64,000 nucleotides of DNA, from positions 91,674 through 155,673 of the forward strand of contig CBDBDB010000017.1 of the NCBI GenBank assembly GCA_965203495.1. The letters are read 5' to 3'. A program made the translations under genes and the position numbers. The DNA comes from Candidatus Multivorans sp. Its GTDB lineage: Bacteria; Acidobacteriota; Thermoanaerobaculia; Multivoradales; Multivoraceae. Of this stretch, positions 17,703-27,389 are shown in pieces. The notes beneath the pieces were generated by a model. It worked only from the letters and a program-made list of their open reading frames with translations, made no database searches and was not told where the DNA came from. How positions within the stretch are numbered: position 1 is the first letter of the stretch; each line of letters begins with the position of its first letter.

Positions 17703-19547
17703 ATGATCGGATCCGGAACGGCTTCGAGCTCCACCGTGCCCGGCGCCCCGCCATGGGCCGCGGCCCTGCCTCCCCTGCTTGCGGGATTCGCGATGTTCGC
17801 TCTGGCCGGCGTCGAACGCGACGTCCAGGCGGCGGCCGAAGGTCGCTACCTGGCCCTCGCGGCGACGACCGTGCTGCTGGCCGCGGCCGCCGTGGCCCGC
17901 GGACCGTTCGGGGCCGCGGCGCTGGCCCTGCCGGTCCTCGCGGCGGTCGCGTTCGCCGCCATCCCGCCGGGCGGCCCGGCGCGCGGCGCGGCGATGGGGG
18001 CCCTGCTGTGCCTCGGCCCGGCCGCGTTGCTCGTCGACAGCCTGATCGCCCGGCGAGGCGAGTTGCTCGAGCCGGCCGGCTCGCTCGAAGCGGCCCGGCT
18101 GGGCGTCCTGCTGGCGGGAGCGCTCGTCGGGCTCAACCTGCTCGCGCGGCAGGGAGAGCTGCTCGGGGCTTCGACGTTCAGACTGCTGATCGTCCTGGTC
18201 GCCATCCCGGCCGCGGCGACAGTGATCGTGCTGGCGCTGTTCGCCCGCCTGGGCGCGCCGGCGCTGGCCGGGACGGCGGCTCTTCTGCTCGCGGCGGGAG
18301 GCGTTCGCTCGAACGTCATCCTGGTGCTGGCCGCCGCCGCCTGCGCGGACGTCATCGCTCGCGCCCTGAACCAGCGTTGGCCGACGGCGGCCGGAGCGGC
18401 CGGCCTGGCGCTCGCCGCCGTGGTCGGTTTCGCGCTGGTCCGCGAGCCCGCGTTCGGGGCGCTCATCGCCGCCATGGCCGCGGCGATCGTCCGGCCCCGG
18501 TTCGCCTTCGCCGCCGCCCTGGCGCTGGCGGCCGCGCTGACCGTCTGGCGGCCGCTCGGGGCGGCCGCATCCTGGCCCGACGTGTTCGCCGGGCTGCCTC
18601 TGGCGCTGATCGCGGCCCCGAACCTGATCGGCCGCGGGAACCCGCGGACGGTCGCCGCGGCCGTGCTGCTGACCCTGGCCGGACTGCGGTTCCTGCCGCC
18701 GCAGCAGGCGCTGCTGGCCGGCATCGCCCTGTGGACCGTCCTCCACGCGAAGAGCCCGGACGGTCTGGACGCCGACGACCCGCCGCCGGTCGGGCCCTGG
18801 CACGGCCTTGCGCTCCGCGGCGATGCCGCCGTCTTCGGCTACTGCCTTCAGGGCGGCCTTCTGGCGTTCGCGACGCTGTCGGCGACGTACCCCTGGCTGC
18901 GGCCGGCCCATCTCCAGGATCGGCTGCGCGCGTTCGGGCTCGACGGCGGGCTCGAGCACTGGTCCGCTCTGGCCGGCATCCTCCTGCTCGCCCACGGGTC
19001 GGCCGCGCTGGTTCGCAGGACGCCGGCGCCGCGGGTTCTGGCCCTCGCCCTGGCCGCCCTCCTGCTGACGACGGCCGCGCTCGGAGCATGGGACGCCTTC
19101 CAGCCGCGTCGGACGCTGCTCGGCTCGCCGCGCCGGGTCCTGACGGCGGACAACCCCCGCTGGACCGCCCGGGACGGCGGCTGCGGAACGCTGATTCTCG
19201 ACACGGCGCTCGCCAACGGCGTCGGCGTCGCCGCCGGGCAGCCCGTGGCCCGTATCGCCGCCGGCGCCGACGCCGTCCCGGGGGCCGCCGTCCTCAGGCA
19301 CGGCGACCACACCGGCGAATGGTCCGTCCCGGGGAGCGGCGGCATCGCCGGTCGAAGGCCCTGGCTGCACTGGGTGGCGGTCGACGGCGAAGGCGAACCG
19401 TTCTTCGGCGCCCGCTACCGGTCAGAGATCGACCTGACGGCCGTCTGCGGAAAGGGCGCCCTGGTCATCGTCCGCGAACCCGGACTGCCGGCGGCGGTCG
19501 AACTGACGCTGTTCTTCGCCCTTCGGCTCGGCGGGAACGACGAATGA
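17703..19547 (+). CDS. Polytopic membrane protein of unknown function
   Basis: Many Ala/Leu-rich TM segments plus a soluble C-terminal domain; stop overlaps the next glycosyltransferase gene. Confidence 0.65.
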   Translation: MIGSGTASSSTVPGAPPWAAALPPLLAGFAMFALAGVERDVQAAAEGRYLALAATTVLLAAAAVARGPFGAAALALPVLAAVAFAAIPPGGPARGAAMGALLCLGPAALLVDSLIARRGELLEPAGSLEAARLGVLLAGALVGLNLLARQGELLGASTFRLLIVLVAIPAAATVIVLALFARLGAPALAGTAALLLAAGGVRSNVILVLAAAACADVIARALNQRWPTAAGAAGLALAAVVGFALVREPAFGALIAAMAAAIVRPRFAFAAALALAAALTVWRPLGAAASWPDVFAGLPLALIAAPNLIGRGNPRTVAAAVLLTLAGLRFLPPQQALLAGIALWTVLHAKSPDGLDADDPPPVGPWHGLALRGDAAVFGYCLQGGLLAFATLSATYPWLRPAHLQDRLRAFGLDGGLEHWSALAGILLLAHGSAALVRRTPAPRVLALALAALLLTTAALGAWDAFQPRRTLLGSPRRVLTADNPRWTARDGGCGTLILDTALANGVGVAAGQPVARIAAGADAVPGAAVLRHGDHTGEWSVPGSGGIAGRRPWLHWVAVDGEGEPFFGARYRSEIDLTAVCGKGALVIVREPGLPAAVELTLFFALRLGGNDE

Positions 19548-20593
19548 CCGGTTCGTCCAGCGAGGCGGCGCCGGCGGCGCTCTCCTGGGTCGTGGCCACG
19601 GTCGGCGTCTCGGAGCGCCTGGCGAAGTGCCTGGCGTCGATCTACCGGGACGGCGAACGCCTCGACGCGCCGTCGGAGCTGATCATCGTCTGGCAGGCGC
19701 CGAACGGGGGGGCCGCGGACGGATCAAGGGCCCTGAGCGAGTTGTGCCGGCGGCTTGCGTCGGCGCGGCCGGGGGCGATCGACGGGCCGCCCCGGATCGT
19801 CGAGCTCCCTCGACCCGCCGGTTTCGCTCGCGCGGTCAACGACGGCGTCGCGATCAGCACCGGCGACTGGGTCGCCCTGGTCAACGACGATGTCGTGCTG
19901 GAGGCCGGATGGGCGCGCCGCCTGCTTGCAGCGGGCGGCGCGGCTTCCGGGATCGCCGCGGTCCAAGGGATCAACCTGATGCCGAGCGTTGACGGCGAGG
20001 ATGCCCGCGTCGACGGCGCCGGTCTGAAATGGAACCGGCGCTGGCAAGCGGTCCAGGTTGGCCGCGGGGAGACGGTGGACTCGGTGGACTCGGTGGACTC
20101 GGTGGAGACGGTGCGCGGCGTCTACGGCGTGTCGGCGACCGCGGCGATCTACCACCGCGACGCCCTCGTGGAGGTCAGCCGCGGCGGCGGCGCGCTCAGA
20201 CCGTTCGAGGATCGGCTCGACAGCTACTACGAGGACGTCGAGCTGGCGGACCGGCTGCACCGAGCGGGCTACCGCGCACTGCTGGCGCCGACGGCGCGCG
20301 CGGAACACGCCGGGGCGCTCTCGAGCCGCCGCCCGCGGGCCGCGCGGCGCAGGACGCGGCGTGTCTACGCGAACCGCCTGCTCGTCCTGGCGCGCCGCTT
20401 CGGCCGCGCCTTCTGGCCCCGACTTCCCCTCCTTCTCGGCCGCGACGTCATCGACGCCCTGCGGCGACCGGCGGCCGCGCCGCCTCAAGGCGGCCTCGAG
20501 CCGCCGGGCATCGTCGATCTCCTGCGTGCCTGGCGCCGGGCGGCGCGGCTGCTGCCGCGGTTCGCCCACTTCGGCCCGGGGATCCGGCGATGA
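19544..20593 (+). CDS. Glycosyltransferase family 2
   Basis: GFARAVNDG, LVNDD, YYEDVELA. Confidence 0.85.
   Translation: MTGSSSEAAPAALSWVVATVGVSERLAKCLASIYRDGERLDAPSELIIVWQAPNGGAADGSRALSELCRRLASARPGAIDGPPRIVELPRPAGFARAVNDGVAISTGDWVALVNDDVVLEAGWARRLLAAGGAASGIAAVQGINLMPSVDGEDARVDGAGLKWNRRWQAVQVGRGETVDSVDSVDSVETVRGVYGVSATAAIYHRDALVEVSRGGGALRPFEDRLDSYYEDVELADRLHRAGYRALLAPTARAEHAGALSSRRPRAARRRTRRVYANRLLVLARRFGRAFWPRLPLLLGRDVIDALRRPAAAPPQGGLEPPGIVDLLRAWRRAARLLPRFAHFGPGIRR
20073..20106 (+). repeat. 9-bp tandem repeat (CGGTGGACT) x~3.8, in frame (VDS)
   Basis: Read directly from the sequence. Confidence 0.85.
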
Positions 20594-21498
20594 CCGACGA
20601 CGCGCCGATCCTGACGGCGGTCGCGCCGCACTGGCACGACGAAGAGCATCTCGCAGTCCTGGCGCGCTGCTGGCCCGCCGACCCGCGCTTCGAGCTGATC
20701 GTCGTCGACAACGGTTCGGACGGCGACCTGGCCGAACTGGGGGTTGGCCGGTCGAATCTCCGCGTGCTGGAGCCCGGCCGCAACCTGGGATTCGGGGCCG
20801 CGGTGAACCGCGGCGTCGCCGAGGCGAAGGGCGACCTGATCCTGATCCTGAACACGGACGCTCACCCCCGGCCGGGATCGCTCGAAGCGCTGGTGAGGGG
20901 CATGGAACGCCACCCCGAGGCCGCCGGGCTCGCGCCCCGGCTCCTCGGCGCGGACGGCGCCGTCCAGGCGGCCTGGCAACTGCGGCGGCTGCCGACTCTT
21001 GGCGCCCTGGCCGGCTACTGCTGCTTCGTCGAGCCGCGACCCATGCCGGAACCGGCCGCCGGCGCCCCGGTCGAACAGCCGGCCGCCTGCGCGCTGCTGC
21101 TCCGCCGTTCCGCGCTCGAGACCGCGGACGCCATGGACGAACGCTTCTGGCCCGCCTGGTTCGAGGACGTCGACCTGGCGCGCCGGCTCGGCGACCGGGG
21201 CGAACAGGTGCTCTACTGGCCGGATGCCGTCTTCCGCCACGGGCTGGGCGCCTCGGCGCCCCGGCTGGGCTACGGCCCGTTCCTGGCCGCGTACTACCGG
21301 AACCTGGACCGCTACGCCCGCAAGCACCACGGTCGCGGCGCCGCCTGGCTGCTGCGCGTCGTGCTGACGGCCGCGGCGCTGCTTCGCATCGGCTTGCTGC
21401 CGTTTCGTCGGCCGCGGCGGGCTCGCGGTCGCGACGAGGCACTGGCCGGGCTGTGGCGGCTGGCGGTCGCGGCGGCCGCCGGCTGGAGGCAGCGGTGA
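20590..21498 (+). CDS. Glycosyltransferase family 2
   Basis: IVVDNGS, NLGFGAAVNRG, LNTD, WFEDVDLA. Confidence 0.88.
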   Translation: MTDDAPILTAVAPHWHDEEHLAVLARCWPADPRFELIVVDNGSDGDLAELGVGRSNLRVLEPGRNLGFGAAVNRGVAEAKGDLILILNTDAHPRPGSLEALVRGMERHPEAAGLAPRLLGADGAVQAAWQLRRLPTLGALAGYCCFVEPRPMPEPAAGAPVEQPAACALLLRRSALETADAMDERFWPAWFEDVDLARRLGDRGEQVLYWPDAVFRHGLGASAPRLGYGPFLAAYYRNLDRYARKHHGRGAAWLLRVVLTAAALLRIGLLPFRRPRRARGRDEALAGLWRLAVAAAAGWRQR

Positions 21499-23765
21499 AC
21501 GTGGAACGGCCGGTCGCGATCTGCACGGTCACCTGGAACGACGCGGCGGACCTGCCACGGTTCTTCGACGCTCTCGCCAAGCTCCGGGGGCCCGCGTTCC
21601 GGCTGATCGTCGTCGACAACGCGAGCGCCGACGGCACGGCGGAGTCGCTGAACCAGCACGCGGCGGCCGCCGGCTTCCCGGTCGAGGTGATCGCTCTCGA
21701 CAAAAACAGCGGCTTCGCCGCCGGCCTGAACCGGGCCCTCGAGAGCGCGTTCGCGAGCGATCCGCGGGTCGACTGGGTGCTGAGCCTGAACGCGGACGCC
21801 TGGCCGGCGGCCGATTACGTGGAGCGGTTGATCGGGAGCGCGCGCCGGTTCACGACGGCCGAAAGACCCATCGGCGCCGTCACCGGACGACTCGTCAGGG
21901 CGGAGAGGCGGCCACCAGGCCGGCGCCGCGACGGACGGTCCGACAGGCGGTCCGACGAAACCGTCATCGACGCCTGCGGCATGGCCCTGACGCGAAGCTG
22001 GCGCCACGTCGACCGCGGCGCCGACCAGGCCGACCACGGCCAGTACGCGGCGACCGAGCGGGTGTTCGGCGGCGCCGGCGCCGCGACTCTGTTCTCGAGC
22101 GCGGCGCTCAAGGACGTGGCGATCGACGGACGCGTCCTGGACGAGGACTTCCACTCCTACCGGGAAGACGCCGAGCTCTGCTTCCGGCTCCAGGAACGAG
22201 GCTGGCAGGCGCTCTACGAACCCCGCGCGCGCGCGGTCCACCGCCGCGTCAACCTCGCCCGGCGACGGCGGCGGATGTCGCCGGAGGTCAACTTCCATTC
22301 CCTCAAGAACCGCTATCTGCTGCAGTACTACCACCGCAGCCTCGCCGATCTGCCGCGCACCTTCGCGGCGACCGCGATCCGCGAGCTGGGCATCGGCGCC
22401 TGGGTCCTCCTTCGGGAACGGTCGTCGCTGGCCGCCTGGGGGTGGCTCTGGCGCCATCGCCGCCGACTGCGGGAGCGGCGGCGCCGGATCCGGTCTCGCC
22501 GTCTTGTCCCCGCCCGCGCGACCGCGCGCTGGTTCGGCCGCGACGCGCTGCCCGCGGATCCGGAACGGCCGCGGATCCTGATGCTCGGAAGCCGCGGCAT
22601 CCCCGCCAACTACAGCGGCTACGAGACGATGATCGAGGCGCTGGCCCCCCGGCTGGCCGAGCGCGGCTGGCGAGTGACGGTGTACTGCCGGTCCCACTAC
22701 GTGGACCGGCGGCTTCGCTCGCACCGCGGCGTGGAACTCGTCGTCCTGCCCACACTCAGGACGAAGTACGGCGACACGCCGGTGCACACCCTGCTCTCCT
22801 GCCTCCACGCGACGCTGTTCGCGCGGGGCGCCCGGGCCGCGCTGGTCGTCAACGGCGCCAATGCGCTCTTCCTGCCGCTGCTGTGGACGCGACGCATCCG
22901 CACCGCCCTGCACGTCGACGGCATCGAGAAGCGGCGGGCCAAGTGGGGCTGGCCGGGGCGCCTGGTCTACGCCGTCTCCGAGCGCCTCGCCTGCCTGCTG
23001 CCCAACGCGACGGTGACCGACGCGGACGTGATCGCCGCTCACTACCGGACCCGTTACCGCCGCGACTCGACGATGATCCGCTACGGCGTCGAACCGGCGC
23101 CTCTGCCGGGCCATCCGATCCTTGACGAACTGGGCCTGGAACCCCGGCGCTACTTCCTCTACGTCAGCCGCTTCGAGCCGGAAAACAACCCGCACCGGGT
23201 GGTCGCGGCCTACCGCCGGGTCGGCGGCGACCTGCCGCTGGTGATGGTCGGCGACGCGCCCTACGCCACGGACTTCATCGCGGCAATGAAGCGCGGCGCC
23301 GACCCGCGGGTACGGTTTCCGGGGACGGTCTTCGGCGAGGGCTACCGGGGCCTGCTGTCGTCCGCGTTGGCGACGGTCCACGCCACCGAGGTCGGCGGCA
23401 CGCACCCGGCGCTGGTCGAGGCGATGGGCTACGGGGCCTGCGTGCTGGTCAACGACGAGCCGGCCAACCGCGAGACGGCGGGCGACGCCGGCGTCTACTT
23501 CGACGTCGAGGACGAGGCTTCCCTGGTCGCCGCCTTCGAGTTCGCGCGCGCCGACGAGGCGCGGGCGCGGGACCGCGGGAAGCGAGCAGCGCGCCGCGCC
23601 GCCGAGAAGTACGACTGGGACCTGGTGGCCGACCAGTACGAACAGCTCTTCCGGCGCCTCTCGAATCGCGCCGGTCAGGTTCAGGTTCAGGCTCGTCGAA
23701 GCGGCGCGAGGGAGGACGACCCGCCTCGGCGAGCGGATCCGCACGCTCGCCACGGACCTCGGTGA
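21495..23765 (+). CDS. GT2-GT4 (DUF1972-type) fusion glycosyltransferase
   Basis: N-half VVDNASAD..YREDAEL; C-half GSRGIPANYSGYET, SRFEPENN, EVGGTHPALVEAMG. Confidence 0.88.
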   Translation: MNVERPVAICTVTWNDAADLPRFFDALAKLRGPAFRLIVVDNASADGTAESLNQHAAAAGFPVEVIALDKNSGFAAGLNRALESAFASDPRVDWVLSLNADAWPAADYVERLIGSARRFTTAERPIGAVTGRLVRAERRPPGRRRDGRSDRRSDETVIDACGMALTRSWRHVDRGADQADHGQYAATERVFGGAGAATLFSSAALKDVAIDGRVLDEDFHSYREDAELCFRLQERGWQALYEPRARAVHRRVNLARRRRRMSPEVNFHSLKNRYLLQYYHRSLADLPRTFAATAIRELGIGAWVLLRERSSLAAWGWLWRHRRRLRERRRRIRSRRLVPARATARWFGRDALPADPERPRILMLGSRGIPANYSGYETMIEALAPRLAERGWRVTVYCRSHYVDRRLRSHRGVELVVLPTLRTKYGDTPVHTLLSCLHATLFARGARAALVVNGANALFLPLLWTRRIRTALHVDGIEKRRAKWGWPGRLVYAVSERLACLLPNATVTDADVIAAHYRTRYRRDSTMIRYGVEPAPLPGHPILDELGLEPRRYFLYVSRFEPENNPHRVVAAYRRVGGDLPLVMVGDAPYATDFIAAMKRGADPRVRFPGTVFGEGYRGLLSSALATVHATEVGGTHPALVEAMGYGACVLVNDEPANRETAGDAGVYFDVEDEASLVAAFEFARADEARARDRGKRAARRAAEKYDWDLVADQYEQLFRRLSNRAGQVQVQARRSGAREDDPPRRADPHARHGPR

Positions 23766-23809
23766 ACCATGCGGGCTAGAATCCCGGCCAGCTTCCGCGA
23801 GCCGGAGTC

Positions 23810-25249
23810 ATGCTCAAGCAGCGCGTTCGCTTACAGACGGCCCTGATCCTGACCCTCGACCTTTCCCTGGTCGCGGCGGCCTTCTTCCTCGCCTACTGGA
23901 TCCGCGGCGGCCTCTTCCCGCTCGTGCTGCCGGAGCTCTACCCGACGCCGCTCCACCCGCTGGCCGACCACCTGCCGCTGCTGCCGCTGGCCCTCGTGAC
24001 CTGGGGGGCGCCGCTCGTCTTCACGCGGCGCTACCGCTCGCACCGGACCGCCGATCTGAAGACCGAGGCGGCCGCGATCCTCAAGGTCGCGGCGATCGCC
24101 ACGCTCCTCACGCTGTTCGCCGTCTTCGTCCTGCGTCTCGACCAACTCCTGATGCAGGACAACCTCAGCAGGACCTGGCTGCTCCTGTTCACCGGTCTCG
24201 CCTTCCTGTTGCTGCTGGCGGACAAGATCGCGTTGCGTCTGGTTTCGCGCGACCTGCGGCGCCATGGGCTGAACCAGCGGACGGTGCTCATCGCCGGCGC
24301 CCCGGACGCCGCGGCGCGGCTCGCGGAATCGATCGAGGACCACCCGCACTGGGGGCTCCTGATCATCGGCCTGGTCCACACGGACGGCAGCCGCCCCGAA
24401 GACGCCCCCGGGGAAGTGCTCGGCAGCATGGACGACGTGCTGCGCATCGTCTCGGAACACGTCGTGGACGACGTGTTCTTCACGGTCACGCCCCACGATC
24501 TGCCCAAGCTCAAGAACATCATCGACGGGCTGCAGGAACAGGGCATCCGGACCCGCATCGCGCTCGACCTGCTGCCGCCGGCTCACAGCAAGGTCGACCT
24601 CGAGTACCTGGACGGGCGGCCGGTCGTCACGTTGTCGCCGGCGCCGTCGAACTTCCTTCTGCTGCTGTTCAAGCGCGCCTGCGACTTCAGCCTCGCCGCC
24701 GCCCTCCTGATCGTCAGCCTGCCCGTGATGCTGATCCTGGCGCTCCTGATCAAGACCACCTCGTCCGGTTCCGTGTTCTACCGGCAAACCCGTTGCGGCC
24801 TGAACGGCCGCCGCTTCACGATGTACAAGCTCCGCACGATGGTCGCGGACGCCGATCAGAGGAAGCGCGAGCTGGAGCACCTGAACACGATGGGCGGGCC
24901 CGCGTTCAAGGTACGCGGCGACCCGAGGATCACGCCCCTGGGGCACTACCTGCGCAAGTTCAGCCTGGACGAACTGCCGCAGTTCTGGAACGTGGTGCGG
25001 GGCGACATGAGTCTGGTCGGTCCCCGGCCGCTCGAGGAGAAGGAGCCCTACACGCCCAGGCAGCGTCGGCGGCTCTCCATGAAGCCCGGCATCACCTGCC
25101 TGTGGCAGATCAGCGGCCGCGGCGATCTCGACTTCGACCGCTGGATGGAACTCGACCTCAAGTACATCGACACCTGGTCGCCGCGGCTCGACTTCGTCAT
25201 CCTCCTGAAGACGATTCCCGCCGTGCTGAGCCGGCGCGGGGCATCGTAG
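23810..25249 (+). CDS. Polyprenyl-phosphate sugar-1-phosphate transferase (WcaJ-like)
   Basis: N-terminal TMs; [46 protein letters not shown]. Confidence 0.93.
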   Translation: MLKQRVRLQTALILTLDLSLVAAAFFLAYWIRGGLFPLVLPELYPTPLHPLADHLPLLPLALVTWGAPLVFTRRYRSHRTADLKTEAAAILKVAAIATLLTLFAVFVLRLDQLLMQDNLSRTWLLLFTGLAFLLLLADKIALRLVSRDLRRHGLNQRTVLIAGAPDAAARLAESIEDHPHWGLLIIGLVHTDGSRPEDAPGEVLGSMDDVLRIVSEHVVDDVFFTVTPHDLPKLKNIIDGLQEQGIRTRIALDLLPPAHSKVDLEYLDGRPVVTLSPAPSNFLLLLFKRACDFSLAAALLIVSLPVMLILALLIKTTSSGSVFYRQTRCGLNGRRFTMYKLRTMVADADQRKRELEHLNTMGGPAFKVRGDPRITPLGHYLRKFSLDELPQFWNVVRGDMSLVGPRPLEEKEPYTPRQRRRLSMKPGITCLWQISGRGDLDFDRWMELDLKYIDTWSPRLDFVILLKTIPAVLSRRGAS

Positions 25250-25975
25250 TCAGGCGACGACGGGCAGGACGCCCTTGCCGGCGCGCCGGCCACGATAGTT
25301 GTCGTCCTCGTAGGCGAGGCAGCAGAGAAGGCGGCCGCACTGGCCGGAGATCCTCGACGGGTTCAGGCTCAGGCCCTGGCGCTTCGCCATCTGGATCGAG
25401 ATCGGCTGGAACCCGTCGAGCCAGGTCGAACAGCAGAGCGTTCGACCGCAGATGCCGACTCCGCCCAGGAGCCGTGCCTCGTCCCGCGGCCCGACCTGGA
25501 CGAGACGAACCCTGGCCTTGAAGCGCGACTTCAGGTCGCGCAGCAACTGCCGGAAGTCGACCCGCCGGTCGGCCGTGAAGTAGAAGACCGCGCTGCGACC
25601 ATCCAGACTGAAGTCGACCCGCGACACCTTCATCTCCAGACGAAGCGCGCGGGCCCGCTCGCGACAGTACGCCTTGCCGCGCACCTCGCTCGCCAGTTGC
25701 CTCTCCCTGGCCTCGCGGTCGGCGTCATCGGCCCGGCGGATGACGGATCGCGCGCTCGACTTCTGGCACGGCTTGAACACCGGCATGGGCGACTTCTCGA
25801 CCCGGCCGTAGGCCGGTCCGGGCTTCATCGACACGATGACCTCGTCGCCGCGGGCCAGCAGCCTGCCGCCCGTTCTGCAGAGCGTCAGGTTCGTCTCTTC
25901 ACCGAAGCGGACGCCGACGAACGCGTCGTCCGTGGCGGTCGATTGACCGGCGAAGCCGCAGCCGCCGCAGCTCAT
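25250..25975 (-). CDS. PSP1-domain protein (RicT/YaaT-like)
   Basis: FYFTADRRVDFRQL, GICGRTLCCSTW, ISGQCGRLLCCLAYE. Confidence 0.9.
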   Translation of the reverse strand: MSCGGCGFAGQSTATDDAFVGVRFGEETNLTLCRTGGRLLARGDEVIVSMKPGPAYGRVEKSPMPVFKPCQKSSARSVIRRADDADREARERQLASEVRGKAYCRERARALRLEMKVSRVDFSLDGRSAVFYFTADRRVDFRQLLRDLKSRFKARVRLVQVGPRDEARLLGGVGICGRTLCCSTWLDGFQPISIQMAKRQGLSLNPSRISGQCGRLLCCLAYEDDNYRGRRAGKGVLPVVA

Positions 25976-27267
25976 CGAGGAGGATCCGTTCCGGCGGCCC
26001 CCTCGAGCACCCTCCGCCCGATGTCCGACCGCATCGCCTTCGACGGCCAATGGATGCGGGCGGCCGCCCCGTAGGCCCGTTCGAGCGCCTGCCCGAGATC
26101 GTCTCCCACCGCGCAGACGTTGAGGACGCGTCCGCCCGCGGCGATCACTTCGTCTCCGTTGCGGCCGGTGCCGGCGTGGAAGACGACGACGCCCTCGCGG
26201 GCGCGGGCGCTCTCGATGCCCTCGATCGCGTCTCCCGACGCCGCCTTGCCGGGGTACCCCTGGTTGGCCAGCACGAGACAGGCGGACGCGCCGGCGCGGA
26301 AGGCGAGTTCCGAGCGCGCGAAGTCGCCGCCGGCGCCGGCGAGGAAGAGATCGACGGGGTCCTCGTCGAGGCGAACGAGCAGCGCCTGGGCTTCGGGGTC
26401 GCCTAGCCGGACGTTGAACTCGAGCACCCGCGGACCGTCCGGGCTCATCATCAGGCCCGCGTAGAGGACGCCCGAGAACGGCGTGCCGTCCGCCGCCATG
26501 CCGGCCACGGTGCGCTCCATCACTTCGCGCATGATGCGGGAGACGTCGCCATCCGAGACGATGCCCGCCGGGCTGTGGGCGCCCATGCCGCCGGTGTTGG
26601 GGCCGGAGTCGCCGTCGCCGATCCTCTTGTAGTCCTTGGACGTCGCGAGCGGCAGCACCCGGCGACCGTCGCAGAAGCCGATGAAGGACACCTCCTCTCC
26701 GGGCACGAAGGGCTCGATCAGGACGCGCGCGCCGGCGGCGCCGAACCGGCGGTCCACGAAGAACTCGTCGAGCGCGGCCTCGAGCTCCGCGGGCGTGGAA
26801 GCGATCAGCACGCCCTTGCCCGCGGCCAGACCGTCCGCCTTGAGCACCGCCGGCAAACCGAAGCGCTCGGCCGCGCGCCGTGCGGCGTCCCGGTTGTCGG
26901 CGACTTCGCAATCGCAGGTCGGAACGCCGTGCCGCCGCATGAACTCCTTCGCGAAGACCTTGGAACTCTCGAGGCGCGCGGCCGCGCGGGTGGGTCCGAA
27001 GATGGCCAGGCCGCGCTCCCTGAACGCGTCGACCACGCCGAGCGAGAGGGGCGCCTCGGGGCCGACCACGGTGAGGTCGATCCCGCAGTCCGAGGCAAAC
27101 CGCGCCAGACCGTCGACGTCCGTGACCGCGAGCGGCACGCTCTCGCCGCACTCCTCGGTACCCGGACTGCCGGGCGCGCAGTACAGCTCGGTCTCCGGCG
27201 AGCGTTCCCGAACGATCCAGCAGAGGGCGTGTTCGCGACCGCCGGCGCCGATGACCAGGACTCTCAG
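25972..27267 (-). CDS. purD: Phosphoribosylamine--glycine ligase (inferred CTG start)
   Basis: RVLVIGAGGREHAL, VVGPEAPL, KADGLAAGKGV, GPNTGGMGA, EFNVRLGDPE. Confidence 0.93.
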   Translation of the reverse strand: MRVLVIGAGGREHALCWIVRERSPETELYCAPGSPGTEECGESVPLAVTDVDGLARFASDCGIDLTVVGPEAPLSLGVVDAFRERGLAIFGPTRAAARLESSKVFAKEFMRRHGVPTCDCEVADNRDAARRAAERFGLPAVLKADGLAAGKGVLIASTPAELEAALDEFFVDRRFGAAGARVLIEPFVPGEEVSFIGFCDGRRVLPLATSKDYKRIGDGDSGPNTGGMGAHSPAGIVSDGDVSRIMREVMERTVAGMAADGTPFSGVLYAGLMMSPDGPRVLEFNVRLGDPEAQALLVRLDEDPVDLFLAGAGGDFARSELAFRAGASACLVLANQGYPGKAASGDAIEGIESARAREGVVVFHAGTGRNGDEVIAAGGRVLNVCAVGDDLGQALERAYGAAARIHWPSKAMRSDIGRRVLEGAAGTDPPR

Positions 27268-27389
27268 GGCGTCGCCTCCAGGATCTTCACCTCGGTTCCC
27301 TCAATCATCTCGAGGACCCGTCATCCCTTGGTTTCCGACTGGCCCTCCGTACCGACCGACCATCCGGTCGGCGAAGCGGGCATGCTAGC

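Noticed and set aside
16341-19370. 1009-aa ORF suggesting a SerRS with a huge N-terminal extension
   Set aside because: The extension is the antisense of the 17703 membrane gene; SerRS homology starts at 17633
27270-27385. Possible ZTP or PRPP riboswitch upstream of purD
   Set aside because: Consensus elements are not found by eye; only a short hairpin CCGACC-GGAT-GGTCGG is present
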